64,000 bases of DNA, taken from the NCBI RefSeq assembly GCF_009914755.1, contig NC_060941.1. One strand, given 5' to 3'. The translations under genes were made by a program, and so were the position numbers. The notes beneath the pieces were generated by a model. That model did not search any database, had not been told where the DNA came from, and saw only the letters and a list, made by a program, of their open reading frames with translations. The DNA comes from the human T2T-CHM13v2.0 reference genome, Homo sapiens. This document shows positions 13,325-25,699 of the stretch, one piece after another (position 1 is the first letter of the stretch; every line of letters begins with the position of its first letter).

Positions 13325-15135
13325 AATTATTTCCTCAGCTATCTTTGGATGACTTTGGAGAGAAGACTCCTCTCTCCTCGTCTGCGGCGTGGACTTGATC
13401 ATGGACTGGTGCCTTTGCATTCAGAAGGAGAGCTGTCAGCGTAGCACCGAATTCAAGACCAAGGCGTGCTACCTGAGCTGACAGCTTTTTGAAAGCCGAG
13501 CTGTTTCTGAACCATGTACATACATGTTCTGAAACTTTCTCATCATTTTATGAGTACTGTTCATTGAGAGATGACAATGAAGATTAGATGAAATTGGAAA
13601 TAAACCAACATTGTTTACATTCCAGGAGACTTGTAGCTCAGCCACACACGCAGTAATGACCTGTGCCCGTTCGCCTCTGGCACTGCCCACCCCTCTTTTT
13701 TTTTTTCTTCTAATTCTGTACTCACAAAAGAGAATCTCATTTTCTTCTTTCTTCCATTCCCTTAAATTCTGAGTACTGTACATATATTTCTGGGTTCCCA
13801 CGATGATGTGAAAAACTACCAGACTGTTTTTTGTCTTCTCACAAAGACAAGAAAAATCAGGGCATTTTGTGAGTGCCTTAAGATCAAACTAACAAGATCT
13901 GACCCTCTCCCCTCACAGTGAGCCACTGCCCCACTTCAGAGGGTAAGAGCCAAAAGCCTCATTGTGAAAGGCACTGGACTTGGACCAGGGACACCATCAG
14001 GGCCTTGGTTTTCTCACGCATAAAATGGAGAGTGGATTAATCGCCAAAGATTCTTCTGATCTGACATTTTGAAATTATGAGAGAAACTAGATGACTGTAA
14101 ACTTGGTCACAGGCCTGGTTCTGGCAGTTCTTTGCGGACTTTTTTCTAGCATTATGCCAAATAAACATGCAGTCTCAGTGTGCTCTCGCATGTATGAATA
14201 TCTAGTCCTTTCTGTGGTTCTCAGCCAAGACATAAAAACTAGGACTCAGAGCACATACAAAACCAGTTATGTTTCGGAAAGAGGGAAAAGAGTCCCCGAG
14301 CCCGGATCTTGTGCTGCTTTTCTCACTGACGTGTTGCCTTTTTTCTTTACAAAATCTGCTTTGATACTTAGGACCTCTCTGGACTAATTTCTCTTCCTAG
14401 ACAGCTCAGCACAGCTATTGATATGTTAGAGGCAGTATCCTTAATATTCATTCTAAATGAGTTAACGACTTAACTTGAAATTGGGCCTAAGGAGTGAGAA
14501 CTACAAAAATACAAAATGCTTGTCCAGGACTCAGCCATGCACACCTTGAGCAGCGCCGGCAGGAGGCACGGAAGGAACTGTGCTCCGTTCTCCTCACTGT
14601 CATGGTGCCACCAGTGTCTGATGAAGGGCAGAGTGACCCAGACTGCAGGCAGTAACTGACTTCACACAGTCCCTGGCATTTAGTCATCTGTGATTGTTTT
14701 ATCACTCTGGACTGTGCAGAGCCACCTGCCACCGAGATCTGCATTCCGACTGCCTATGAACGGGTGTGGGGGCCGGGGGCTGGCTTGCTGAAGTCTTCAA
14801 CTTGCACTCGGAGCTCCTTTGATACCTCAGAGCTGGCTGTCAGGTGGCAGCTCACACCCAGACTCACTGGCCACACCTCAGCAGGGGGGGAGTCGAGTGT
14901 CAGTCTCTTTCTGTGAAGGCTTTTTTTTTCCTTTGGCCTGGGAATTTTTCCCATTTTTATGAAGGGGTTTTAAATTGTTTCATTTTGTGTGCTGTGCTTC
15001 AAAGCCTTAACTGTCAAATCTTGCATTATCTTGTTTGTACAGAAATATACTGGCCTAGCAGAGGCAAAAAAAAAAAAATGAATTTTATTTTACTTGTCAC
15101 ACCTGTCTTAATAAACTGGAGTTTTGCTGCTAAAG
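13325..15135 (+). terminator. RNF213: RNF213 3' UTR with tandem poly(A) signals AATAAA at 13599, 14160 and 15110
   Basis: hexamers read directly downstream of the stop; which are used is not shown by sequence. Confidence 0.65.
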
Positions 15136-15903
15136 AACTCTTCTCTCTGGGGGCAGAGCTTCTATTTATGGCACATAGACATCAGCTAGGCTTTTGGGAA
15201 TCGTTTGTGTTCTTTGTGGAAATGTCCTTTAGAAGCACCCATGAAGTAGTGTGTTCAGACTGTGCACACAGAAAACAGGCTCTGCCTTCACATGTGAGAC
15301 GGTGGACTTTTCCTCTGGACAAAATGACAGCATCCTGGCGACTCCACAGTGGAGCTGAGCGCCACTCCCTGTAGCCGATCTGGGACTGAAACGCTTACAC
15401 CTCTGCCTCAGAAGGAGTCCCCCATGCCCTGCCTGAAATGACTTCACTGGACACAGCGGGGCTGCAGCTAACGGGGTACAGGTAGGAGCTAACTAACTTC
15501 ACCCCTGAGTCCACTTGCGGGGTAAGAGATAAACAGTAACCCTTCCAGGAGCCCACTGACGTTGGAGTGCTAAAAATGCCCCTTCAGGGGGAAAACTGCA
15601 TTTTCTCTTCCAAAAAGGAAAGGTTCTTCCAGGCGAGAAACCTGTGGTCTAGAACCACAGCAAGAAGAGGAGGCATGCTGGCCTGCACCGGAAGACTCAC
15701 TTTGTCTGCCCTGCGCCAGCCTCACCTCACCCTGCAGTTCCCGTTTCCGCCATGGATGCCTCATCACCAACCCTGACCTTCCCCCTCCCAACCCTTTATT
15801 CATCCTCACTCCCACTCATACCCGCCTCCCTGGACAGTTCCCTGCTGCAGAGTTCTTTCTGCTTTCAGCCCTACCTTGGTGGTGATTTACCTGAAAATCT
15901 TCA

Positions 15904-16196
<293 letters not shown>

Positions 16197-17044
16197 TCAG
16201 TTACTCCTGTATGTTCAGGCAATTCCAATTTAGAAACAAACTTCCAGTGATAAATATTGGGAAGAAAATGTCAGCTCAGGGCCAAGTAGGTAAAGCCACC
16301 CAAGTCTAGCCATGCACACAGGCACTAGTGTGCTGAAGGAAAACACCTCTGATTTGATACATAAAGTGTGAAGGTTGCATAACTGGGGAGGTGGCTGGAG
16401 AAAACCTGAGCCTCGAGCTGAGTAACAATCCAAGCCATGATTAGCATTTATATTGCATTCTGCATTATTCTCATCCTATCACGTTCATTAAGTTCAACCA
16501 TTACCATTACGAATCCCGTTTCCAGCTGGAAAAACAAGCGCCAGGAAAGTGCATTTCCCCCCCACCCCCCCCCCCAACCAGAGCAACTTTGGTCAGAAGT
16601 CACACCTAATCACCCTCTCTGCAGGATATGCTGGGGATAGCCCTTTTGAGGAGGTGGGGGTGTATGCGAAAGCAACCTGGGGCCAAAGCAGGGGGAAGCA
16701 GGAGAGACTGGAGGGGCCCTGGGTCCAGCAAGTGCTCCACCAGGCTGCCCCTGCTCAGGTGCTCCACAGCCCATAAAAAACGCCTTCAGCCCTGCTGTGC
16801 TTCCCCTCACACCTAAACTTACTATAAGGGTCCTACCTTCCCCAGTATTCCTTCATGATCACTGCTACCTGTGCCCTGAAGCGCAACAGAACCTCAACCC
16901 AGAGGACAGCCACTTCCTCAGAACCCACGATCTTTGCCCCATCGCCACAGGTCCATGAGTGACTCCTAATTACCAAATCCAAGGGCTCCTTCACCCTGAC
17001 CACTCTGGAACCCAACAAAGCTGACACACAGCCCAGCCCAGACA

Positions 17045-17142
17045 GGCCTGAATGTGGGTCCTGGCTCTCCCATTTGCCAGTTCTACAGCCATGGGCAAGT
17101 GGCTCGACCTCTCTAAGCTTCAGTTTCCTCGTCTGTGAAATA
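17045..17142. mobile_element. MIR fragment
   Basis: gggcaagt...acctctctaagcttcagtttcctcgtctgtgaaa MIR core. Confidence 0.6.
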
Positions 17143-17156
17143 TCTGTCAGTGCTCT

Positions 17157-17610
17157 TAAGGGAGGAGACCACCCCACATATTGTCTTACGCCCAATTTCT
17201 GCCTCCAAAGAGAGAAGTAAAAACTAAAAGGCAGAAATGAAATCCACAAGCAGACAGCCTGCACCACACCCTGGGCCTGGTAGTTAAAGATCGACGCCTG
17301 ACCTAATCAGTGATGCTATCTATAGATTACAGACATTATATAGAAAAGCACCGTGAAAATCCCTGTCCTGTTCTGTTCCGTTCTAATTACGGGTGCATGC
17401 AGCCCCCAGTCACGTACCCCCTGCTTGCTCAATCAATCACGACCCTCTCACGCAGACCCCTTAAGAGTTGTGAGCCCTTAAAAGGGACAGGAATTGCTCA
17501 CTCGGGGAGCTCAGTTGTTGGAGACATGAGTCTTGCCGAAGCGCCCGGCTGAATAAAGCCCTTCTTTAACTCGTGTCTGAGGGGTTTTCTCTGCAGCTTG
17601 TCCTGCTACA
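17157..17610 (+). repeat. 5' LTR2
   Basis: TAAGGGAGGAGACC...CCTGCTACA; AATAAA at 17552. Confidence 0.9.
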
Positions 17611-17615
17611 TTTCT

Positions 17616-17633
17616 TGGTTCCCTGACCAGGAA
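17616..17633 (+). other. Primer-binding site, tRNA-Glu
   Basis: TGGTTCCCTGACCAGGAA vs Glu PBS TGGTTCCCTGACCGGGAA. Confidence 0.88.
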
Positions 17634-18158
17634 TCTAGGTGATTAATGGATGGTTGAGGCAGCCCCTCAGACGGCTTAGGCCTGCCCTGTGGAGCATCCC
17701 TGTGGAGGACTCCAGCCAGCTTGAGCGACATGGATCCTGAGAGCGCTCTCAGGCAGGCAATTGCCCCAGTGGAATGCCTGGCCAGAGCAGTGTGTAGCAG
17801 GCCCCCGAGGAGGATCAACGCAGTGGCTGAACACCGGGAAGGAACTGCCACTTGGAGTCCAGACATCTGAAACTTGGTAAGACTGGTCTTTGGAACTTGC
17901 CCACTCCATTTGAGGGGAAGCGTGGCCTGATCACCCACGGCGTGCCTGTACTGGCACTCTGGTTTTTGTTTTTGACTTGACTTGGATTGCTTGATACTTT
18001 GGTTTTGGTTTTGACCTGGCTTGGATATCCTGATACTCTGATTTTGGTTTTGATTTTGGTTTGGTGTAAACTGTAAAAGTGTGTGTGTGCCCTTTTTACC
18101 TGTTCTTTGTTTTGTGGTATGCGTGTAGGGTGAGCGTAATGTTTTGTCTTGAAGAAGC

Positions 18159-18460
18159 ATGGGTCAAGCACAAAGTAAGACCACCCCACTAGGAACTATG
18201 CTGAAAAATTTCAGGAAAGGATTTAAGGGAGACTATGGAGTACTATGACACCAGGAAAACTTAAAACTTTGTGTAAGATAGACTGGCCAGCATTAGAGGT
18301 AGGTTGGCCATCAGAGTGAAGCCTGGACAGGTCCCTTGTTTCAAAGGTATGGCACAAGGTAACCTGTAAGCCAGGGTACCCACACCAGTTCCCGTACACA
18401 GACACTTGGTTACAGCTGGTTTTAGACTCCCCACCCGCCCGCCCCAACAGTGGTTGAGAG
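18159..18460 (+). pseudogene. Truncated gammaretroviral gag matrix fragment (HERV-E-like)
   Basis: MGQAQSK...LKNF..GFKGDYG / GKLKTLCKIDWPALEVGWPSE*, frameshifted, then purine-rich low-complexity tract. Confidence 0.75.
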
Positions 18461-19621
18461 AACAGCAGCATAAGTGGCTGGCAGAGGCAAGGAAAGACCA
18501 GCAGAGAGAGAAAGAGGAAGAGACAGACAAAGAGGGAGTCAGAGAGAGAGAGAGAAAGAGACAGAGGCAAAAGGAAAGTCAAAGAGAAAGAGACAGAAAA
18601 TCAAGAGGAAAAAAAGAAAAAAAGAGATATATATACAAGTAGTTAGAAACAACAACAACACTGTACCCTATTCCTTTAAAAGCCAAGATAAATTTAAAAC
18701 CTATAATTGATAATTGAAAGTATTCTCTGTAACCCTGTAACACTCCAATACCACTTTGTTGTCAGTGTAAACAAGGGCATATCCCGAAAGCACTGAGGCC
18801 TTCCCATCAAAAATCCTTAACCCAGTAACCCGTGGATGGCTCAAATGCATTCAATCTGTAGCAGCAACTGCTTTGCTAACAGAAAAAAGTAAAAAAATAA
18901 CTTTTACAGGAAACCTCATTGTGAGCACACCTCACCAGTTCAGAAGTAGCCTAAGGAAAAAAAAAAAAGGATGATTTAACTTTAACTACTGAAAATTCCC
19001 TTAACCCAGCAGGTTTCCTAACAGGGGATCTAAATCTTAATTACCGTACAAAGGCCCTACCATACCTAGGAGGAACTCCCTTCAGGAAAGGATGATCTAT
19101 GGTTCCTCCCAGGTAATTAAAGGAAAAAAAAAAGCCATCTATACGAATTCTAAGTTAATTTTGACAAAACGAGGTCTTACTAATAGCAAAGGATAATTAA
19201 AATCCCAAGCTTACAAGGTTTTCAACAAAAGTAAAGTTTGCTAAAAGTTAACAGTGTAACATGTATTATAGTAATTTCTGATCTTGTGGCCTCAGACAGT
19301 CTAGTCCACAGACATAAAAGAAGTTCGCTTTGGAAAAGAATGGTTATCATCTTCAGGAAAAAAAAAAAGAAGGGGCAGAATTTACATAAAAAGAGTGTTA
19401 TATGGTAAATTCTTGTCCTGAAATAAATTAACTGGTTGTTTAAAGAAAGAAATGTTTGTAATAAGTCAGAAAGTTGAGGCATGTCGAAGAATTGTCTGCG
19501 AAAGTCGTGAAAGAGAAAAATGTTATAAAAAATTATGCAAGAAATGTTGTATAATTTAAAAGTAACTAGGCCTCCTAAATGTAAAACTATTGAAAGAAAA
19601 AAAAAACAGTTTATGTGCAAG

Positions 19622-20068
19622 TGTCAGGCCTCTGAGCCCAAGCTAAGCCATCATATCCCCAGGGACCTGCACGTATACATCCAGATGGCCTGAAGCAACT
19701 GAAGATCCACAAAGGAAGTGAAAATAGCCTTAACTGATGACATTCCACCATTGTGATTTGTTTCTGCCCCATCCTAACTGATCAATGTACTTTGTAATCT
19801 CTCCCACCCTTAAGAAGGTTCTTCGTAATTCTTTGTAATCCCACCCTTGAGAATGTACTTTGTGAGATCCACCCCCTGCCTGCAAAACATTGCTCCTAAC
19901 TCCACCGCCTATCCCAAACCTACAAGAACTAATGATAATCCCACCACACTTTGCTGACTCTCTTTTTGGACTCAGCCCGCCTGCACCCAGGTGAAATAAA
20001 CAGCCTTGTTGCTCACACAAAGCCTGTTTGGTGGTCTCTTCACACGGATGCGTGTGACGTGCGTGACA
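19622..20068 (+). repeat. 5' LTR7
   Basis: TGTCAGGCCTCTGAGCCCAAGCTAAGCC...GTGACA, AATAAA in R region. Confidence 0.92.
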
Positions 20069-20699
20069 TTTGGTACCAAAGATCCGGGACGGGAGTACTC
20101 CTTACAGAGACCGGTCCCCTGTCCTCATCCTCACTCCATGAGGAGATCCACGTACAACCTCGGGTTCTCAGACCAACCAGCCCAAGGAACATCTCATGAA
20201 TTTCAAATCGGGTAAGTGGTCTTTTCACTCTCTTCTCCAGCCTCTCTCGCTACCCTTCAGTCTCCCTGTCCTTCCAATTCCAGTTCTTTTTCCTCTCTAG
20301 TAGAGACAAAGGAGACATATTTTATCCGTGGACCCAAAACTCCGGCGCCAGTCACGGACTCGGCAAGACAGTCTTCCCCTGGTGTTTAATGACTGCAGGG
20401 ACGCCTGCCTGATTATTCACCCACACTCCACTGGTGTCTAATCACTGTGGGGATGCCTGCCTTGGTCATTCACCCACATTCCCTTGGTGGCAAGTCAATT
20501 GCGGGGACAACCTGCTTTGGCTGCTCACCCACATTGCAGCCCACGGCTGCTCCCTACCCCCCTTCTCCGTGTCTCTACCCTTCTCTTTAAACTGGCCTCC
20601 TTCACTGTGGGCAACCTTTCACCCTCCATTCCTCCTTCTTCTCCCTTAGCCTGTGTTCTCAAGAACTTAAAACCTCTTCAACTCTCACTTGACCTAAAA

Positions 20700-22208
20700 T
20701 CTAAGCATCTCATTTTCTTCTGCAACACCGCTTGGCCCCAGTACGAACTCGACAATGGTTCTAAATGGCCAGAAAATGGCACTTTTGATTTCTCCATCCT
20801 GCAAGACCTAGATAATTTTTGTCGAAAAATGGGCAAATAGTCTGAGGTGCCTTACGTCCAGGCATTTTTCAGACTTCGTTCCCTCCCTAGTCTCTGTTCC
20901 CACTGTGACTCATCCCAAATCCTCCTCCTTTCCCTCCCGCCTGTCCCTTCAGTCCCAACCTCGAGCGTTGCTGAGTCTTGTGAATCTTCCTTTTCTACTG
21001 ACCATCTGACCCCTCACCTCCTCCCCAGGCTGCTCCTCCTCAGCTCGCTCCCCGCCAGGCTGATCAGGCTCCAGCTCTTCTTCAGCCTCTGCTCCCCACC
21101 CTATAACCCTTCTATTACCTCCCTCCCACACCCGGTCCGGTTTACAGTTTCATTCTGCGACCAGCTCTCCCCCATCTGCCCAACAATTTCCTCATAGAGA
21201 GGTGGCTGGAGCTGAAGGCATAGTCAGGGTACATGTGCCTTTTTCTCTATCAGACCTTTCCCGAATCAGCCAGCGTTTAGGCTCTTTCTCATCAGACCCC
21301 ACTAAATACATACAGGAATTCCGATATCTAACTCTGTCCTACAGTTTAACCTGGAGTGACTGAAATGTCATCCTAACTTCTACCCTCTCCCCAGATAAAT
21401 GGGAAAGAGTTTTTTCTCTAGCCCAATCTCACACTGACAACCACCGGCTTCACGAGCCAGACCTCCAGGAGGGCATCAGAGCAGTTCCCCGAGAAGATCC
21501 CCAGTGGAACTACCAGGCAGATTCCCCAGGTATAGCTACGCGAGATTACATGGTTTCCTGCCTAGTTGAAGGGCTTAAAAAGGCAGCTTACAAAGCTGTT
21601 AATTATGACAAACAAGAAACTACCCGAGGTGAAGATGAAAACCCAGCCCAGTTCATGGCCCACTTGGCAGTAACCCTTAGACGCTTTACCGCCCTAGACC
21701 CAGAGGGGCCAGGAGGCCGCCTTATTCTTAATATGCATTTTATCACCCAGTCAGCTCCTGATGTTAGAAAAAAGATTCAAAAACTGGAATCCAGCCCTCA
21801 TACCCCACAACAGGAATTAATCAACCTCACCTTCAAGGTGTACAATAATAGGAGGTAGCCAGACAGCAACGCATTTCTGAGTTACAGCTACTCGCCTCTG
21901 CTGTAAGACAGCCCACAACCACGTCTCCAGCATACAAGAACTTCAGAACATCCAAGCCACAGCTCCCAGGGGCTCCTTCAAAACATCCTCGTGGGCCTTG
22001 CTTCAAATGCCAAAAGCCTGGCCACTGGGCCAAGGAATGCCCGCAGCCTGGGATTCCTCCTAAGCTGTGCCCTGTCTGTGCGCGCCCCCACTGGAGGTCG
22101 GACTGTCCGACTCACATCGCCGCTGCTCCTAAAGCACCTGGAGCCCAAACCCAACGTTCCTTGGCCAACTCCTTCCCAGATCTCCTCGGCTTAGTGGCTG
22201 AAGACTGA
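20700..22208 (+). pseudogene. HERV-H gag, disrupted
   Basis: FCNTAWPQY..KWPENGTFDF matrix, capsid ENPAQF, zinc knuckles CFKCQKPGHWAKEC and CPVCARPHWRSDC; stops and frameshifts. Confidence 0.85.
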
Positions 22209-25200
22209 CGCTGCCCATCGCCTCGGGAGCCCCTGGACCATCACAGACACTTTGGGTAACTCTTACAGTGGAGGATAAGTCTGTCCCTTTCTTAATCAAT
22301 ACAGAGGCTACCCACTCCACATTAACCTTTTTTTCAAGGGCCTGTTTCCCTTGCCTCCGTAACTGTTGTGGGTATTGGCGGCCAGGCTTCTAAACCTCTT
22401 AAATTCCCCAACTCTGGTGCCAACTTGGACAACATTCTTTTATGCACCCCTTTTTAGTTATCCCCACCTGCCCAGATCCCTTACTAGATTGAGACATTTT
22501 AACTAAATTATCTGCTTCCCTGACTATTCCTAGCCTACAACCACACCTCATTGCCACCCTTTTCTCCAGTTCAAAGCCGCCTTCACACCCTCCCCTTGGA
22601 TCTCCCCACCTTAATCCACAAGTATAGGACACCTCTACTCCCACCTTGGCAACCAATCATGCACCCCTTACCATCCCATTAAAACCTAATCACTCTTACC
22701 CCACTCAATGCCAATATCCCATCCCACAGCACACTTTAAAAGGATTAAAGCCTGTTATCACTCGCCTGTTATAGCATGGCCTTTTAAAACCCATAAACAC
22801 TCCTTATAATTCCCCCATTTTACCTGTCCAAAAACTGGACAAGCCTTACAGGTTAATTTCAGAATCTGCACCTTATCAACCAAATTGTCTTGCCTATCCA
22901 CCCTGTGGCGCCAAAGCCATATACTCTTCTATCCTCAATACCTCCCTCCAGAACCCCTCTACATATATTATTATGTAGATATGTACATATCTACATATGT
23001 ACATAATCTACATAACCCATTCTGTTCTGGATCTCAAACATGCTTTCTTTACTATTCCTTTGCACCCTTCATCCCAGCCTCTCTTCATTTTCACTTGGAC
23101 TGACCCGGACACCCATCAGGCTCAGCAAATTACCTGGGCTGTACTGCCACAAGGCTTCACGGACAGCCCCCCCCCCCCCCCCCCCCCCCGTTACTTCAGT
23201 CAAGCCCAAATTTCTTCCTCATCCTTTACCTATCTCGACTTAATTCTTCATGAAAACACAGTGCTCTCCCTGCTGATCGTGTCTAGCTAATCTCCCAAAC
23301 CCCGACCCCTTCTACAAAGCAACAGCTCCTTTCCTTCCTAGGCATGGTTAGATACTCCGCCTTTGGATACCTAGCTTTACCATCCTGACTAAACCATCAT
23401 ATAAACTCACAAAAGCAAACCCAGCTGACCCCACAGATCCTAAATCCTTTCGCCACTCCTCTTTCCGTTCCCTGAAAACAGCCCTAGAAGCTGCTCCCAC
23501 ACTAGCTCTCCCTAACTCATCCCAACACTTTTTCATTACATACAGCCAAAGTGCAGGGTTGTGCAGTCAGAATTCTTACACAAGAGCCAGGAACGGCCCC
23601 TGCAGCCCTTCTGTCCAAACAACTTGACCTTACTGTTTTAGGCTAGCCCCCACATTATTCCTGATACCACACCTGACCCCCCATGACTGTATCTCTCTAA
23701 TCCACCTAGCATTTACTCAATTTCCCCATATTTCCTTCTTTCCTGTTCCTCACCCTGATCACACTTGGTTTATTGATGGCAGTTCCACCAGGCCTAATCG
23801 CCACTCACCAGCAAAGGCAGGCTATGCTATAGTAACTTCCACACCTATCATTGAGGCTACCACTCTGCCCCCCTCCACTACCTCTCAGCAAGCCAAACTC
23901 ATTGCCTTAACTCAAGCCCTCACTCTTGCAGAAGGAGTACGTGTCAATATTTATACTGACTCTATGCCTTCCATAGAGTCAGCATGCACCACCATGCTGT
24001 TATATGGGCAGAGAGAGGTTTCCTCACTATGTAAGGGTCCTCCATCATTAATGCCTCTTTAATAAAAATTCTTCTCAAGGTCGCTTTACTTCCAAAGGAA
24101 TCTGGAGTCATTTACTGCAAGGGCCATCAAAAGGCATCAGATCCCATCATTCAGGGCAACACTTATGCTGATAAGTTAGCTAAAGAAGCAGCTTAGTTTT
24201 CCAACTTCTGTCCCTCACGGCCAGTTTTTCTCCTTCTCATCGGTCACTCCTACCTACTCTCCCACTGAAACTTCCACCTATCAATCTCTTCCCACACAAT
24301 GTAAATGGTTCTTAGACAAAGGAAAATATCTCCTTCCAGCCTCACAGGCCCATTCTATTCTATCATCATTTCACAACCTCTTCCATGTAGGTTACAAGCC
24401 GCTAGCCTGTCTCTTAGAACCTCTCATTTCCTTTCCATCGTGGAAATCTATCCTCAAGGAAATCACTTCTCAGTGTTCCATCTGCTATTCTACTACTCCT
24501 CAAGGATTGTTCAGGCCCCCTCCCTCCCTACACATCAAGCGCGGGGATTTGCCCCTGCCCAGGACCGGCAAATTGACTTTACTCACAGGCCCCGAGTCAG
24601 GAAACTAAAATACCTCTTGGTCTGGATAGATGCTTTCACTGGATGCGTAGAGGCCTTTCCCACAGGGTCTGGGAAGGCCACCGCAGTCATTTCTTCTCTT
24701 CTGTCAGACATAATTCCTCGGTTTGGCCTTCCCACCTCTATACAGTCTGATAACGGACCGGCCTTTATTAGTCAAATCACCCAAGCAGTTTCTCAGGCTC
24801 TTGGTATTCAGTGGAACCTTCATATCCCTTACCATCTCAATCTTCAGGAAAGGTATAAGGGACTAATGGTCTTTTACAGACACACCTCACCAAGCTCAGC
24901 CTCCAGCTTAAAAAGGACTGGACAGTACTTCTACCTCTTGCCCTTCTCAGAATTAGAGCCTGTCCTCAAGAAGCTACACGGTACAGTCCATTTAAACTTT
25001 TATGTGGACGCACTTTCTTGCTCAGCCCCAACCTCATCCCAGACACCAGCCCTCTAGGCAACTATCTTCCAGTCTTTCAGCAGGCTAGACAGGAAATTCG
25101 CCAGGCTGCTAATCTTCTCTTGCCTACTCCAGATTCCCAGCCACATGAAGACACCCTAGCTGGATGGTCAGTTCTTGTTAATAATCTGACCCCTCAAACT

Positions 25201-25410
25201 CTACAACCTCGATGGACCGGACCCTACTTAAACATCTATAGTACCCCCAACCACCATCTGCCTGCAGAACCCTCCCCACTGGGTTCACCGTTCCAGAATA
25301 AAGCTGTGTCCGTCAGACAGCCAGTCCGATATCTCCTCTTCCTCCTGGAAGTCGCAAGTACTCTCCCCTACTTCCCTTAAACTCACTCGCATTTCTGAAG
25401 AACAATAACC
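22209..25410 (+). pseudogene. HERV-H pro-pol, disrupted with internal deletions
   Basis: protease LINTEAT (active site altered), RT DLKHAFF and LPQGFTDSP with no YxDD seen, RNase H, integrase QIDFT...IQSDNGPAF. Confidence 0.85.
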
Positions 25411-25699
25411 CTTATGAGCCTAATACATCCCTTCATTCTATTAGGTCTATCCATCCTTACCCTACTCTTCGCAACAGGGCTTTACGCAGTCACCCCCACT
25501 ACTTGGACTGTGCCCCAAAAACCTGTCATCCCTACTATCTTCTGTCTAGTCATACTCCTATTCACCATTCTCAACTACTCATAAATGACCTGCTCTTGTT
25601 TACACTGCCAGTTTACATTGTTTCTCCAAGACATCACAGCTGATATCTCCTGGTGATATCCCCAAACCGCCACTCTTGACTCCTGCTTGGAGTGGATAG

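Noticed and set aside
17310-17552. Duplicated 80-aa ORF (also at 33069-33311)
   Set aside because: The same frame in the two LTR2 copies, GTG start; not a gene.
24305-25057. Intact 250-aa integrase
   Set aside because: Only the central core is in the integrase frame; both ends are frameshifted.
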